From Cenococcum geophilum (Eukaryota): DNA of 64,000 bases. The position numbers and the translations under genes are program-made. Location of the stretch: positions 6,448,001 to 6,512,000 of the forward strand of contig CP158635.1 in the NCBI GenBank assembly GCA_050273025.1, given 5' to 3'. Below are positions 39,001 to 54,154 of the stretch, in pieces. The first letter of the stretch is position 1. Every line of letters starts with the position of its first letter. The notes beneath the pieces were generated by a model. That model did not search any database and had not been told where the DNA came from. It worked only from the letters and a program-made list of their open reading frames with translations.

Positions 39001-42000
39001 GTACCTATAAGAATATTTTTATAATAATATACCGACTTATAAAAGAGCGCCACTACGTCCTAACTAAAGGTATAACCGTTAGCAATATTACTAATACCTT
39101 TCTTTATAAAGTTTATTAACTATATAGGTTACCTAACTTAATTACGTCTAACTAAGGTATATAATTTAACTTTAATATATAAAGACAAATCTACTAACGC
39201 CTTAGTATCTTTATTAAGATATCTATATTCTTTTATTATAAAACTACTAGGTAACTAGAAAACACTAATGCTAATATAAAGCGTACCTACGATAGGTAGT
39301 TGCCTATAGTTAAGATAACTAGGTAAATTACCTCCTACTAGGTAAATTTATAGCGAATAATTACGTCTTAACTACTATAGGACTTACTGTAAGGGATATT
39401 ATTGCGGACACCTTGGGTTGCCCTTAGGACAACCCCTAGACGCCCCTTAGATGGTCGCCAGTTACGTGCTAGAGGCACGTGCCCGTAGTATATAGTCTCC
39501 ACAATCCTAGAGGCCTTACCTCCTTAAGGATTTGTCTCTCTTACTAATCTATCCTATTCTACAATCATGTCCTTATAGCCCCCTATCTATAAGATCCCCT
39601 TATATTTAAATCCTTCCTACTCTTTTTTAGAAGGGTAGTTGGCTTTAAGGACTAGATTGTTTATTTATATCTTTTATTTACAACTACCATCTTCCCTTAA
39701 AATCTCGCGATAATTTAAACGGAAACTCTATAGATACCTTATGGAAAGCCGTCGCGCAAAGGCAGGAAGGCTCCTCCAATAGCGAGAGATTGCGATAATA
39801 TAACCCTCTAGGTAAGATAGCTGAACGAGCCCTAATACCTAGATGCTCTAGGAGCTCAAAAACTCTTATATACCTACGGTTACTAGCAATGCTAAGGAAA
39901 ATATAAACACCCTCTATAACGGTTATAATGCTACTAAGAAGTAACCGGAACCCCTTTAGCCCTACCTAGGCCAATTAGAAGATTAAGCGCTAGAGGCAAC
40001 TCTAAGATCTTCCCTTAAGCCAGAAATACTAGAGGAATATACTAACGTGTCTAATTAGGGAACCAACCGAAACCCTTCCGGAAGACTATCAGCCTATAAT
40101 TAGTATAGTGGTAATATATAGACTACTTACGAGCTAAGTAGGCCTACCCCTTTAGGTAATCTAAGCTAATTACTAACTTAAGACCCAAGCCTTGTTAGGA
40201 AGCCTATACTAGCTACTAATACTAACACTACCTCTATAATAGGAGCTTCCCTAGGCCCAAGTTTAAAAGGTTAAGAGCCCTATACTAATCTCCTTTAAGA
40301 TAAATATTAGGAAGCTATTATAAGGCTTTTAAAAGCTATTAATAAATATATTAGAACCCTTTAAGGGTAAATTTAGATCTAATAGGGTCTAATCTAAGCC
40401 AGGTAAATTCTTTTATAACTTAGTTAAGGCTAAGGGCTTCCTAGGAGCTACCTAGTACCTACCTAAGGAGGTATAGAAGACTTAGAGAGTTATCTATACT
40501 ATAAATAGGAAAAGAATATAAATCAACTAGCTAAGGCCTTTAGTAGTTTAGAACTCCGCTATAGACCTAACGCCTAGTAGTTAAACAATTAGGTTTATAG
40601 GGTAGACAACTTCTTTAAAATGCTAATAATACGAGATAATACTAAAGAGCGTATACGCTAGATTATTAATAAGATTAAAGACCAATTACTAAACTAGATC
40701 GCACTTAATTAGCTTAATAAAGAGTAAATTACTATATAGCTATAGCTGTAAACCTTTCTAAAGAAATGGACTTAAGATCCGTATATTATATAATACGATA
40801 ATGCAAAGCTATTTTAGAATGGGATATAGCTAGACCGCCATAACTTCCGTTAGTTTATAAACTTTATAAAAACTTATACTTAGCAGATAGATCTAAAGCC
40901 CTTTAAAAATAAGGACAGTAGCATCTATAAAAAGGAGAAGATTAGGTTTATCTAGGCTAGAATTAAGCTAGTAATTTATAACGAAATAAAGTATATAGGA
41001 GCCCTATCGCGGATTATTATATATACGGATTTTAAATAAGCAGTTCTAAACGCTAAAGATATAATAAGGAACTAGACCTCTTCTAGTAGGAAGCTAAGAG
41101 GTTACTAAAAGCGTAGGCACTCTAGTAGTAATATAGGGCAGATCTAACCTTTAAAGAAGCCGTTCTTAAAGAGAACTTTAAAAGGGTTAAAGTTAGGAAC
41201 CTGAAATAATAGGAAAGACTCCTGTAGCTAACCTAACACCTATCCAGCACCTTTACGGAAATACTCTAAGAAGTTAAGAGAAAACTCTAGAGGTAGATTC
41301 TATTAGAAAAATAAGTAGGGCGATAATCGCACTAATAATTTAAAAAAAGAAAAGCCCTAGTTATAGACTTCTCCTAGCTATAACTAGGGCAAGATACAAA
41401 AGGAGAGACTCTCTATATTGCTATTAAGCTGGAAATAATACTCCCTATAGGTAAGGTATAATAGTTCTAAGCACTATATAACAGCGGCACCGAAATTAAT
41501 CTTATATAATATAATTTAGTAAAAGAGTATAAACTTATCCTATTATAAAGGTAGCGGAAACCTATTATAAGCTTTTTAGATAAGTATTAGATTAAACTAT
41601 ATAATACCTATAAGCTTATAGTATTAGTGGCTAATATACACAACCGTACTAAGGTAGTCAGCCCGCAACCCTTTTAGGTAGCTAACTTTATAGGTTATAA
41701 CCTTATCCTTAGATACCCTTAGCTTGCAGAAGTAAATCCTAAGATACGCTTTAAGACTAGAGCCTTTAAATAGTGGAATAATAAAGATTTAGAAGGGCGT
41801 ATATTACTAATAAGCTTAAAAGATATCCTAGAGAATATAGCCCTAAGTAAAATAGTATACGCTCTATACCTAAAGAAGTATTAGATCTAACCCCTATTTA
41901 ATAGCAAGATAGATATAAAGCCTAGTATAGGTAATAACCCCTTTATAATAGAGACCCTATAGAGAACTACTAGATAGGTCGCGGAGATATTATAGGGAGG

Positions 42001-44482
42001 CAGCGATCTTAAGGATCTTATAAGATACTTTAACCATTATAGGTTACTCTAGCTTAAGTAATATACGAAGAGTATACTACAGCATCTTAAGCGCTACGTT
42101 AAGGATTTCCCTATCCTCTACTAGCTACTATATAAAACGGTATAATATACGGTAGCAACTATATATAAGCAACCACTATAGCGTATAACGCTGCTCGTTA
42201 GCATTTTAAGGGAGCTCCTGGACTTATCTAATAATAACGCAGAGGACAAACGCGACCCTAATTTATTAAATATTCTAGTAGGCCTAAGGGACTTACTAAG
42301 GGTATTTTTGGGTAGGAAAGTAAAATTCCTACCATAGAACTCGGAGTATAATTATATAATTAATCTAGAAGAAGGCAAATAACCGCCAAACCTTCCTATT
42401 TATAACCTCTTGCGCAAAGAGCTTAAGATTCTACAAGAGTACCTTAATAGGTCACTAGAAAAGGGGTAAATCCGGCCTAATAAGTCGCCGTTAGGCGTAC
42501 CGATCCTCTTTATTTTAAAACTAAATAGAACTATAAGGCTATATATAGACTATCGCGGTCTTAACAAGATTATAATTAAGAACCGTTACCTACTACTACT
42601 AGTTAGTAAAATGCTGGATTAACTATCTAGGGCGAAGATCTTCACGAAGCTAGATCTATAAGACGCCTACCATAGGCTCCGTATTAAAGAAGGGGATAAG
42701 TAGAAGACCGCTTTTAAGACCCGATACGGCCACTTTAAATATTTAGTAATACTTTTCGGGATAGCCAATACGTCTATAATATTCTAATCGTATATTTATA
42801 GAGCCTTAGGGGGACTAGTTGACCGCATATACGTTATCTATTTAGATAATATCTTAATCTACTTAGAAGATAAGGATTAACACAAGTAACACGTCCGCGA
42901 AGTGCTAAAACGTTTAGATAATTAGGGCCTCTACGCCAAGGCGTTAAAGTATATCTTTAATACTAAGTAGGTTGAGTTCCTAGGTTACATTATAACGCCT
43001 ATAGGTATAGTTATAAACCTAGTACAGGTGTAGATAATTTAGGAGTGGCTAGAGCTAGAGAGCTATTAGGATATTTAAGTGTTCCTAGGCTTTACCAATT
43101 TCTATAGGCACTTTATCTATAACTACTTAGACGTTGCTTAATACCTATCTAACTATATTATAGAAGCTTCCTAAGACCTAACTTAAGAAGTAAAAAGCTT
43201 AAAGGCGGTAAGGAAGAAAACTAAAAAGGGACTAACTAAATAGTATAAGCTATAGTTATAGCCTAGAAAGGTTTAGGAGGCCTTTTAGGAACTTTACGTA
43301 AAGTTTATAAAAGCTCTATTACTGCGGCATTTTAACCTAGATTAGCTATTAATAATAATTACTAATATATTAAATTTTGCCCTTATTAGTATCCTACTAT
43401 AATCTAATAGGTATCCGGACGCTACCCAGCTCTATTAGAGACTAGTAGCATTTTATAATAGAAAATTCTAGGGACCTAAAGTTAGGTATTATACCCACAA
43501 TAAGGAACTACTGGCTATAGTTAACTGCTTTAAATAGTAGCGACACTACCTTAAGCACGCGAGCTATACCACTTATATACTCTTAGATTACTATAATCTA
43601 CACTACTTTATAACTATAAAGGAGCTTATACCTTAATAAGCTAGATAGGCAAAGAAGCTTACGTGATTTAATTTTAAAATTAAATATAAGCTAGGGGAAA
43701 ACAACCCTGCCAATAAACCGTTACGACGGCTAGACTATACTAAAGGCTTTAAAACGGGAGAAGGAAAACAAATAATAGATATCTTACTCCCTATATTATA
43801 GAATAAGCTCTAGGTATAGGATACTTAAGCACCTATAGCTCTATACACCAAGTCTTAGGTGGTATAAGCCCTATTAATTTCTACTAACGTTCTAGCTAAT
43901 ACCCGGTCCGTTACTAATAAGGGTCTAAATATACCTAGATAGGATGTCCCTAATTATTAAGCTATTCCCTTAAGCTAATAGCGAAGCTATAGAGTAATCG
44001 GAACTCGGAGCCCTATAATAACTAAAGGACTTTAACCTTATAGCGGCCTTCCTAATATATACGTATTAAAGAGTTATAAGATCTATGGTACTATCTAGTC
44101 TTATACTTAAAGCAGTACAGGACGAAATAGCTTTTACTTAAAAACCATCTAAAAGGTTAACGGATTTCATCCGTAAGGTATAATAGAGGGACGCTTTTTA
44201 TGCTATCCTTAATACGGAAGTAAACTAGAAACGTAACGGAAAGAAAGCTACTAGGCGCTATTATTAGGAACTAGACCTAATGGGCCTACTATATAGAGGT
44301 GGTAAGGTTTAGGTGCTATAAGAAGTAAATCTATAACAAAAGATTCTTATAAAGAATTACGATAATTTTCTAGGCGGCCACTATAGTTAAGTAAAGATAG
44401 TGGAATTACTTTAGCGCAAATACTATTGGCTAAGGCTTAATTAGAAAGTAAAGGAGTATATTAGCTATTGTGAGAAGTATTA

Positions 44483-47400
44483 TATTACGGACGCTTTAAG
44501 TATAATGTTACGACTACTTAGGGAAGAGTTGAAAGAAGCTAGTTGGTTGATTTAGGCACGGTCTAGGATGGAGCCGATAGAGCTATATAACGAGGAATGG
44601 TAACTAAGGTCACATAACGTGATCTGTATAATCTGTATAATCTATATAATCCGCAATAAAGTAGATAGAGTACACGTATATTACGTATAAGAAGGATTTT
44701 ATAGGAGTACGGTTGTGTATTTAAAGGACTATAGTCCCTACCTAGATAGTTCCTTCCTTATAGTAATTCTTAGAATATAATTAGAGTTAATCTATTAGGT
44801 AACCACTCCACCAGTTATTATTATATTATTAACTTTAACTTGCATTACCTATACACCTAGCCTATTAATGAGCCTATCGTAGTTCTTGCTATAAGGTTCC
44901 GTTATATAATTACTACCTAGTTACGGTATTAAGTATAGAAAGTTAAATAATATACCACTAAAAGCAGCCACCATGACGCCATTAACGGCGGCAACTACTT
45001 TAAGGTTAGGGGGAGACACCAGTATAGCGGACACTAACTTACAGTAACCTGTAACGGTTGAACAGCTACAAGAGATAGTTAACTAGTTAATAGAAAATAA
45101 TATAACGTTAGAAAATAAGATTAATGGGATAGGGATAGCAAAGATTAAGCTACTATTAATTAAAAGGTACTTAGGGGAAAGGTCTAAACTTAAAGGATTC
45201 CTTATGTAAATGCATTTTAAGGTTATATAGGAAGGGGTAAAACTACCAATACCTATGGATCGAATAGCCTACGCAGGACTATTCCTGTTAGGGAGAGTAC
45301 TTAAATAGTTTAAACCTTACCTTACGGAAATACAGGTAAATGGAATAACGACCACTAGTTAAGATATATGGTTTATATTCTTAAGCTAGGAAGGATTTAT
45401 AGAACGACTTATATAGATATTCGGAGACCTAAAGGCAGTAACCATAGCAGAAAGAAAACTCTAAGATATTACGTAACGAACCTTAGCGATTAAGTATATA
45501 ATATAGTTCTAAACGTTAGCAACACAAGTAGAGTGGAATAATAGGGCGCTTATAGTATAGTATAAATAAGGACTTAAGGCTAAAGTCTAGGACGTAATTA
45601 TCCTAATAGAAGATGTGGACACCCTAAGGGAACTAATAGATTAAGCGATTAAGATTAATAATTGGATCTACTAAAGGGAATAGACTAAGAGAGGTTAGGA
45701 TAGAGTTCTATAGTTGTATAAGGCGTAGAGTACGCATTAACTAAAGCTAAGTTAAAAACTATAGTATAGCGCAGAGTTAATGGACCTAAGTGGTACTAAA
45801 GAAGCCTATAAGAGATAGAGTAAGAAACTATAGAAACCTAGAGGTTAAGGATTTAGTGATTATAGGACTAAGGAGTAGAGGCTAAACTAGGGATCTTAGC
45901 AGTAAAAGATGTTTAGGCGGACTCTATAGTAAAGTTAATAGTTTAAAGATAGAGCTTATATAAATTATGGGAAACAAGGTTATTTTATAAGGGATTATAA
46001 AGATAGTTAGAGTTACTATATAATAAAGGGAACTAGACTAGTAGCAGAAGATATATATGTATAGAGGGACAATAGTATACTATGAGGAATAAAAGAGTAT
46101 TTAATTAGAAGTTTTGCGTTTTGTTATAATAATGTATACCAAATTTATAAGAACGCTAAGTATAGCGTAAGCTATTAGCTATAGGAGCTATATTTAGCGG
46201 AATACAAAGAAACTAATAAACTAGTTTATAGATCAGATATTAAGGACGATAAATTTAATATAGGCGAAACATTTCATAATAATAAGGCAATAAGGGCCGC
46301 TTACTAGGAGCGAGCAGACCTTAGAGATATTATACCAGAGGTAGAGGATAATTCCACTATAGAATAGGGAACATTAGTAGGGATTAAGACCCCACTAGAT
46401 ACGATGTTTATCGCTTTATAAAACATAAGAGAAGTAGGATAGCGAACCACTTTAGCACTTAATAAAGGCAAAAGGCCAAAGGCTTAAGATTCTTAAGATA
46501 AGACGAGAGACGACTAAGATTCTTAAAGTGAGATAAGGCATACCTAAGGACCCACAACGGAAAGAAACCGATAGAGTAGGGTAGTAGCTTAGTTTAAAGA
46601 CATACAAATAAGCTTAGGACAGAGTTTCCCATAGGCATAAAACTCTTAAGACGAGATAAGTGAGATTTAAGACTCTTAAAGTAAGATAAGAATACTAAGT
46701 AAGCCTAGTTGGACTAAGGCAGGAGTAAAGCTTAAGTTAGAAGCAAGCTTAGAATTAAGAATCCTATAGGACTAAGACTTTAAGACATAAATAAGGACCA
46801 TTAACTAGATTAGAGAATCTGTAGTATAAATAGTAACTAGACTAGGAGACAGATATATAGACCTAGAGGACTTACTAGGAGAATATAGTGTTTAGCCTAA
46901 AGATTGAAAAGTTAATACCGAGATTAAGAAGTATAAAGACTTTAAGGATTTAAGCGCGAGACGCAAACCAAAGGAAACTATAGAAGAATTTAGACGAAGA
47001 ATTATCGCATAGCAAGAACAGAAACTAGATAAGAGATTTAGCATATTAGGACGTATAAGGGACAGAGCACTAGTACGAAGAATTACTAATAGGCTTAGGG
47101 TAGGTATACCTAGAGCTAAGTAGCTTACCAAACTAGAAAATAAAGAGGATTTAGGGATTCTAACTAGGTTTGAGGAATGATATACTAAAGGCTGTTACGA
47201 CGTAGTAATAAGAAGATACTTTCTTACGGATAAGCCGTATATACTCTAGCAGCTGTACTAAAAGTGGTATAGATAAAGGCATAATAATAAGTAGGAGGAT
47301 TTCTATATGTGGTTAGATAAGAAAGTAATTTAAGACCACCCTATTATAGAAAAGGCGATAAGTTACATTAAAGGAGCCTTAATTATAACGTTAAAGGATC

Positions 47401-50400
47401 TAAAGGAACGATTAGAGAACTAGAGAAGTAAGAGACACATCTTAGTACCTACGAACGAAGCCGTAACGTTCAGATTAATACGATATAGATTTAAACTTAA
47501 GAACGAAGATAAGCTAAGAGTTAACCCAAAACACTAAGCATACTACATATTAGTATAGATCGTATGCGTAAATAATACGTGTAATATATATAGAGCACCT
47601 AAGGATAAGTATAAGAAATACCTTATAAGAATATATTGGTTAATAGAAGAACAGAGGTACTAAAATGCTAAGTATATACATGGCTAGCATCTAGTAGAAG
47701 TTTAGGAGTTAGGAGACTTAATACTTTAGCTAAAAAGATTCCTTACGGAAGAATGCCTAGATGGACGATAGTGGTGGGAATGCCTAGAGAATATATGTCT
47801 ATAGTATATTAAAGATAAAAAGCAAACTAAGTATTAGCTAAAAGTGGACTAAGTATAAACAAGATTAAGCAGCTAATAGTTAGGAAAAGTAGAGGCCTAT
47901 AGGACTAGAGGGAACTAGTGGTAGAGCCTTAAACCCTTAAAGGAATTTAAGGACGGCACCTAAATTTATAAATTAAATGGTAAGATTAATAGTTCGAAGT
48001 GCTAATAGATAGTAGAGTAATAAGAAACTATATCTTACTAGCAGCAGTTAAAAGAATAGGATTACCATATAGGAAAAAGGAGTACCCTTACCTATTAGTA
48101 ATAATTTTAGGAGATCCGATAGCCTATAGAGGAGGTATTATTAATCTTAAAATAGGACCTATTTAGTTAACTATTAAAGGGAGATAGATTAAGATGTCCT
48201 TTAATATATTACCATTAGGGAATAATAAGGTAGTATTAGGAATGCCTTAGTTATAAAAATATAATCTAAAGATTAATTAGGTTATAGGTTAAGTTAATAT
48301 TAGGGATACTTAATGCTATAAGATGTGATAATAAGCCAAGTTAGTATGGTATTAAGTAGGAGCAACCTATAAAGAAACGGAAAAAGGACTAAGTCATATA
48401 CTAAAGAAATACCATAAGTATGGTAAGAAACTATGGTCACTAGAAAGTAAAAAGCTGTTAGAGTATATAGCGTGGGACTATAAGATAGAGTTAGAACTAG
48501 AAATAAGTCTAAAGTTCTTTCTAATTTATAAGCTTACCAAAAAAGAAGGTAAAGCATTAAAAGAGTTTGTCTAGGAAAATCTACAAAAAGGATATATTAG
48601 ACTATTGCAGTTATTAGCGGGTTATCCAGTACTATTTATACTAAAAAAGAATGGCAAACTAAGGTTATACATTAACTACAAATAGTTAAATAGCATTACT
48701 TAAAAGGATAGGTATTCTTTACCCTTAATTAGCGAAATCTAAGATAGGATAGGCAACGCGTAAATCTTTACGAAGATAGATTTAAGATAGGCATACCATT
48801 AGATTAGGATTAAGGAAGGTAATAAATGGAAGGTAGCCTTTAGGTTAAAGGAAGGACTATATAAACTATTAGTTATGCAATTTGGGCTTATAAACGCACT
48901 AGTAACGTTCTAAAAGCGTATTAACAATATATTAGGAGAATACTTAGATGAATTTATTATGGTATATTTTAATAATATTATTATCTACTTAATAACTAAG
49001 AAAGAGCATGGGGAATACGTTAAATAGGTCTTAAAGAGACTATAAGAAGAACAGATGCTAGTAGCAATTAAGAAATGCAAATTCTTTACTAGGAACACCG
49101 ATTTTGTTAGATTTATTATTAAACTAGGCTAACTTAGTATAGATTTAAGGAAGATTAAGGCTATAGCGAATTGGTAAGAACTAAAGAACGTTACGCAGTT
49201 AAGATCGTTCCTAGGGTTTTGCAATTATTGCAGAAGGTTTATAGCGCAATAGTTAAAGAACACTAAGCTATTTACGTAGTTAACGAAGAAAGAAGAACTA
49301 TAGGTATAGGGAAAGGAATAGCAGGAGCTATTTAAGAAAGTTAAAGAGTTATTTACCCAAGAGCTAGTTCTTAAAATTTATTAACTAGGTCTAGAGACGG
49401 TTGTAGAAATAGATGCATTAGATTACATACTAGGGGCATATTTTATGCAGAAATATTAAGATAGATAGCACCTAGTAGCGTACTATAGTTAAAAGATGAC
49501 ACCACTAGAGTTAAACTATAACATTTACAATAAGGAGTTACTAGGTATAGTTATAGTATTAAAGGAATAAAGAGCATTCTTGCAAGATACAGAAAAACTA
49601 TTTATAGTTAAGATGGATTATAAGAACCTAATGGGGTTCCTAATGATTAAAGAACTTAATTAAAGATAAGTTAAATGGGTAGAAATGCTTGCGGAATACT
49701 ATTTTAAGATTTAGTATACTAAGGGCACAGATAACGTACGGGCAGATGCTCTAAGTTAAAAGGCTAAACTATAAAACGATAAAAAGCTATTAGGGGCTTT
49801 ACTATGAAAAGACACAGATAGAGTAATTAGGTACAATTATCCAAAAATTGTAGTAACTTAAGAAAATAACAAACTAGGAAAAGTCTATAAGATACTAGAA
49901 AGCTTTTAGGTATAAAGAATTCTAAAAGTATAGCTAAAAGATCTACAGTTAGATATATACGAAAATTAAGAAGTAAAGTATATCCTAAGAAGTATAGCAG
50001 AGCACTTTATGGAAGACTTCTATAAGGGAATGACTTAAGGACATAACGGAGCTACGAGCTTAGTATTAAGACTTTGAGAGGAGTATATTATTAACGGAAT
50101 CTAGGGCTTAGCACGGAAAGTTATAAAGGAATATCTAAATTACTATAGAAATAAACTAATAAGGTATAAGCTATATAGAGGGCTATAACCTGTTAAAATA
50201 CTAGAGAGACTATAGGAGGTTATATTATAGGACTTTATTATTAAGTTACTAAAGTTAAGAGATCCTATTACCGGATAAGATTATAACGCGATTTTAGTAA
50301 TAGTAGATAAGCTTATAAAGTAGGGATACTTTATAGCATATACAGAAGAGATATTAGCAGAAGATGTCGCTAGAATCTATATTAAAGAAGTATTTATAAA

Positions 50401-52435
50401 ATATAGAGCACTAAGTAAGATTATATTGGATAGAGACCTAAGATTTATAGTAGCATTTTAGGAGGTATTTTTAGCGGAGTAAGGAGTTAGAGCAGCAACT
50501 TTTACTATATATTATCCGTAGACAGACGGTTAAACGGAAAGATTAAATTAAACGCTAAAACAATATCTAAGGTATTATATTAATTACGTACAGAATAATT
50601 GGGTATTACTATTACTAGTTATATAGTTTATATATAATATAACACCTTAAGATGGAATAGGCATATTACTATTTAAGGCAAATTATAGATATAAGCTAAG
50701 AATATTGTTATTACTACGATAAGTAAAGAAGATAAATAGCATAGCTAAAGAAAGAATAAAGACGTTAATAAATCTTTATGCAGACCTTATAGAATTAGCG
50801 AAAAAGGTATAGGAGAGAATAAAAAGGTACTATAACGCTAAGAGATCTAAGGGACTAGATCTTAAGGAGGGAGATAAAGTATAGCTACTATATAAAATTT
50901 TTAAGAGTTAACAACTAAGTAAGAAGTTGGACTATATTAGACTAGGACCTTTTAAAATTATATAAAAGATTTTACCGGTTATATTTAAGTTAAACCTACT
51001 AGCTAAGATAAAGATCTACCCTATATAATATATTATAATGCTAAAACCAGCATATAGAAATGTTAAACCACTAGTTTATAAAGCAGACACGTATAGAGGA
51101 TAGGAAGAAGACAAATAGTAAGTTTTAAAGATCGTTAATTATAAGGACGTTAATAATAAAATATAGTATAAGGTTAAGTAAATAGGCTATACTAAGACTA
51201 CCTAGGAGCTACTAGAGAATTTAAAGAATACTATAGGAAAGATATAGGAGTATCGGAAGAGGATAGGTCAGGCAGTATTAATAAAAAAGGATTACTAAAA
51301 AATAAGTTACCTAAGGGGGACCTAAGAAAAGTAATTGCCGAACTACTTAGATCTATTTCCTTCTCGGTAAGAAGAGAGTCTATTCTCTTATTACTAAGTT
51401 CCTATAAACCCTATTCTATAAGTTTCCACTCCTTAGAATAAACCTTCTTACGCACCTTCTTAAGACGAATTAACTAAGCGGACGCCGTAAGACGAGACTT
51501 AAGGGCCCGTTGTTAAGTATCGGCAGCCTCTTATTTAGCGTTATAAGAACGGCGTAATTCCGCTAGAGTAACAGACAGTTTATTATCTAGCTGTGTAGCA
51601 GTAGATTAAATATAAAACCCTAAGATAAATTAATTAGGGAACTAGACAACTATTAAGAGTAATAGGTCGCGTATACTTAGCATTAGAGATAAAGCGAACG
51701 TTACAGGACGAATAAATATTCGCTTTAGTGCACTTTAAATAAGAGAACGGTTATTGCGAAGATGGGTTTACTAACGTAACACAAACTAACCCCTCTTTTA
51801 AGCAGCGAGAATACGGAGACGGTATAATTTTACTAAGAGACAATATCGCAGCGATAGTGCGAGCACGACGAGCAGTTGAGGACGAAGAAATTGCTTTAGG
51901 CATAATAAGTAATAATATTAACTAAATTAATTAGACGGATATTATACCTCTAGTAAACAACTTAGAGATATTTTAAATCTTTAAGGACGAAGATAAAAAG
52001 GAGGGAGATGGTGTTATGGACGCTTTAAGTATAATATTATAACTACTTAGGGAAGAGTTAGAAGAAGCTAGTTAGTTAATTTAGGCATAGTCTAGGATAG
52101 AGCCAATAGAGCTATGTAATAAGGAATGGTAACTAAGGTTATATAACGTGATCTATATAATCTATATAATCTATATAATCCACAATAAAGTAGATAGAGT
52201 ATACGTATATTACGTATAAGAAGGATTTTATAGGAGTACGGTTATATATTTAAAGGACCATAGTCCCTACCTAGATAGTTCCTTCCTTATAGTAATTCTT
52301 AGAATATAATTGGAGTTAATCTATTAGGCAACTACTCCACTAGTTATTATTACATTATTAACTTTAACTTGCATTACCTACACACCTAGCCTATTAACGA
52401 GCCTATCGTAGTTCTTGCTATAAGGTTCCGTTATA
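44483..52435 (+). mobile_element. Ty3/Gypsy chromovirus, family A copy 2, full-length, inserted in the integrase HHCC region of family C
   Basis: 424-bp LTRs at 44483-44906 and 52012-52435; TSD TATTA on both sides; PPT before 52012; CCHC knuckle ~45960, protease ~48005, RT YFDD ~48965, chromodomain ~51110-51230. Confidence 0.93.
51290..51903 (-). pseudogene. Antisense accessory gene of Gypsy family A, copy 2 (best preserved, ATG intact)
   Basis: ATG at 51903: MPKAISSSSTARRARTIAAILSL, then RIP-corrected PCSRCxKEGLVCV...SCSECTKANIxSSCDV, a short intron and a coiled-coil exon; end approximate. Confidence 0.65.
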
Positions 52436-53910
52436 TATTAAGTATATAAGATCCGCAGGCACAAGCTATAGGGTTTACTTAAATTAGTTCCCCCTACTAG
52501 TAAGCTATAGTAATATTATACCATAGACTTTATTACGGATCTCCTACTATCTAAAGATAGCTAAGGATAAATATACAATTCGGTCCTTATACTTATTAAT
52601 AGGTTTTTAAAGTATGTTTAATACCTTCCTATTAATAAGACGATTAATATATAAGCGCTAGCTAACTTAATTAAGGAGAAATACTTTCTTAAAGTAGATT
52701 AGCCGCACTCTATTATCACTAATAGGGGCAGCGTCTTTATAAGCCAGTACTAGTTAGACCTATAGTTCTATTTAAAGATAGACCACCATTATAGTATAGC
52801 TTTTTATTTATAAATGGATAGGTAAACAGAATGCCAGAATTAGGAACTAGAGTCTTACCTACAAATATATTTAAACTACTAGCAAGATAATTAGTGTAAG
52901 CTACTTCCGTACGCGGAGTACGCTTACAATTTAAAGGAATATATATTATATAAGTATATACTAATCTAGATTACCTATAGCGTTTAGCTATTTGGGTTTA
53001 ATAGTATACCTAATAATTACTAGCTAAGGCCGTATAATTAGTTATAGGATCCTACCAGGAAGTCTAAGGACATCTACTAAAGAGTATAAGGATACCTCTA
53101 AAAATAGAAGGAGTAATAAAAGTATGCGAAGTAGAGCCTATAGGATGTCTAAGAGTAGTAGAGACTTTAGTACAACCGCAAGCACTAGGATAAGCATTTC
53201 GGAGTAGGCGATAACATCGGCAAAATATGGTACCCTGCCAATGGCCTCAATGGTTAGTGGTTGACGCAATTGGCGCGCAGTTGAGGGCATTTGGCAACTC
53301 GACCGACTAGCCTACGTCGTGTTTTTTTGACACGCAGCCTGCGCGCAGCCTGCGCGCAACCTGCCAGCAATCTGCGCATTTGGCAACCATAATTGTATTT
53401 ACCTCTTTTAAATAAATAAAAGCTACTTTAAGGCTATTTATAAGGCTAGCAAAATAAATATTATTTTAGATAATTTAATATAATATAGCGATGGTTCTCT
53501 TCTACCTATCTACCTATTGACTTACCTACCTGCCTATCTACCTACCTGCATCGCCTACATCGCCTACCTATCTGCATCGCCTACCTGTTTATATCTGCCT
53601 ACCTGTCTATATCTGCCTACCCATTAGCATCTACCTACCTGTCTATATCTGCTTGCCTATTTATATCTACTTATCTATCTATATCTGCCTACCTATCTAT
53701 ATCTACCTACCCGTCAGCATCTCTATATTTATGCCTACCTGTCTATACTACCTTAATTTGATCAATTAATCAAATCGTTTATAGTGTTCGCTGGCTAGTC
53801 GTTATTGTCTGGCTCTGGCGACGGTGGTCTGGTTCTGGTAACGGTTGTCTGGTTTTAGTAACGGTTATCTAGTTCTAGCGACGATAGTCTGGTTCTAGCG
53901 ACGGTCCTCT

Positions 53911-54154
53911 CCTACCTACCTACCTACCTACTTACCTACCTACCTACTTACCTACCTACCTACCTACCTACCTACCTACCTACCTACCTACCTACCTACC
54001 TACCTACCTACCTACCTACCTACCTACCTACCTACCTACCTACCTACCTACCTACCTACCTACCTACCTACCTACCTACCTACCTACCTACCTACCTACC
54101 TACCTACCTACCTACCTACCTACCTACCTACCTACCTACCTACCTACCTACCTA

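Noticed and set aside
23134..47131. Short ORFs in the AT-rich block (23134, 26539, 31280, 31695, 46892)
   Set aside because: Antisense or chance frames within RIPed TEs, with L/I/Y/S-biased composition.
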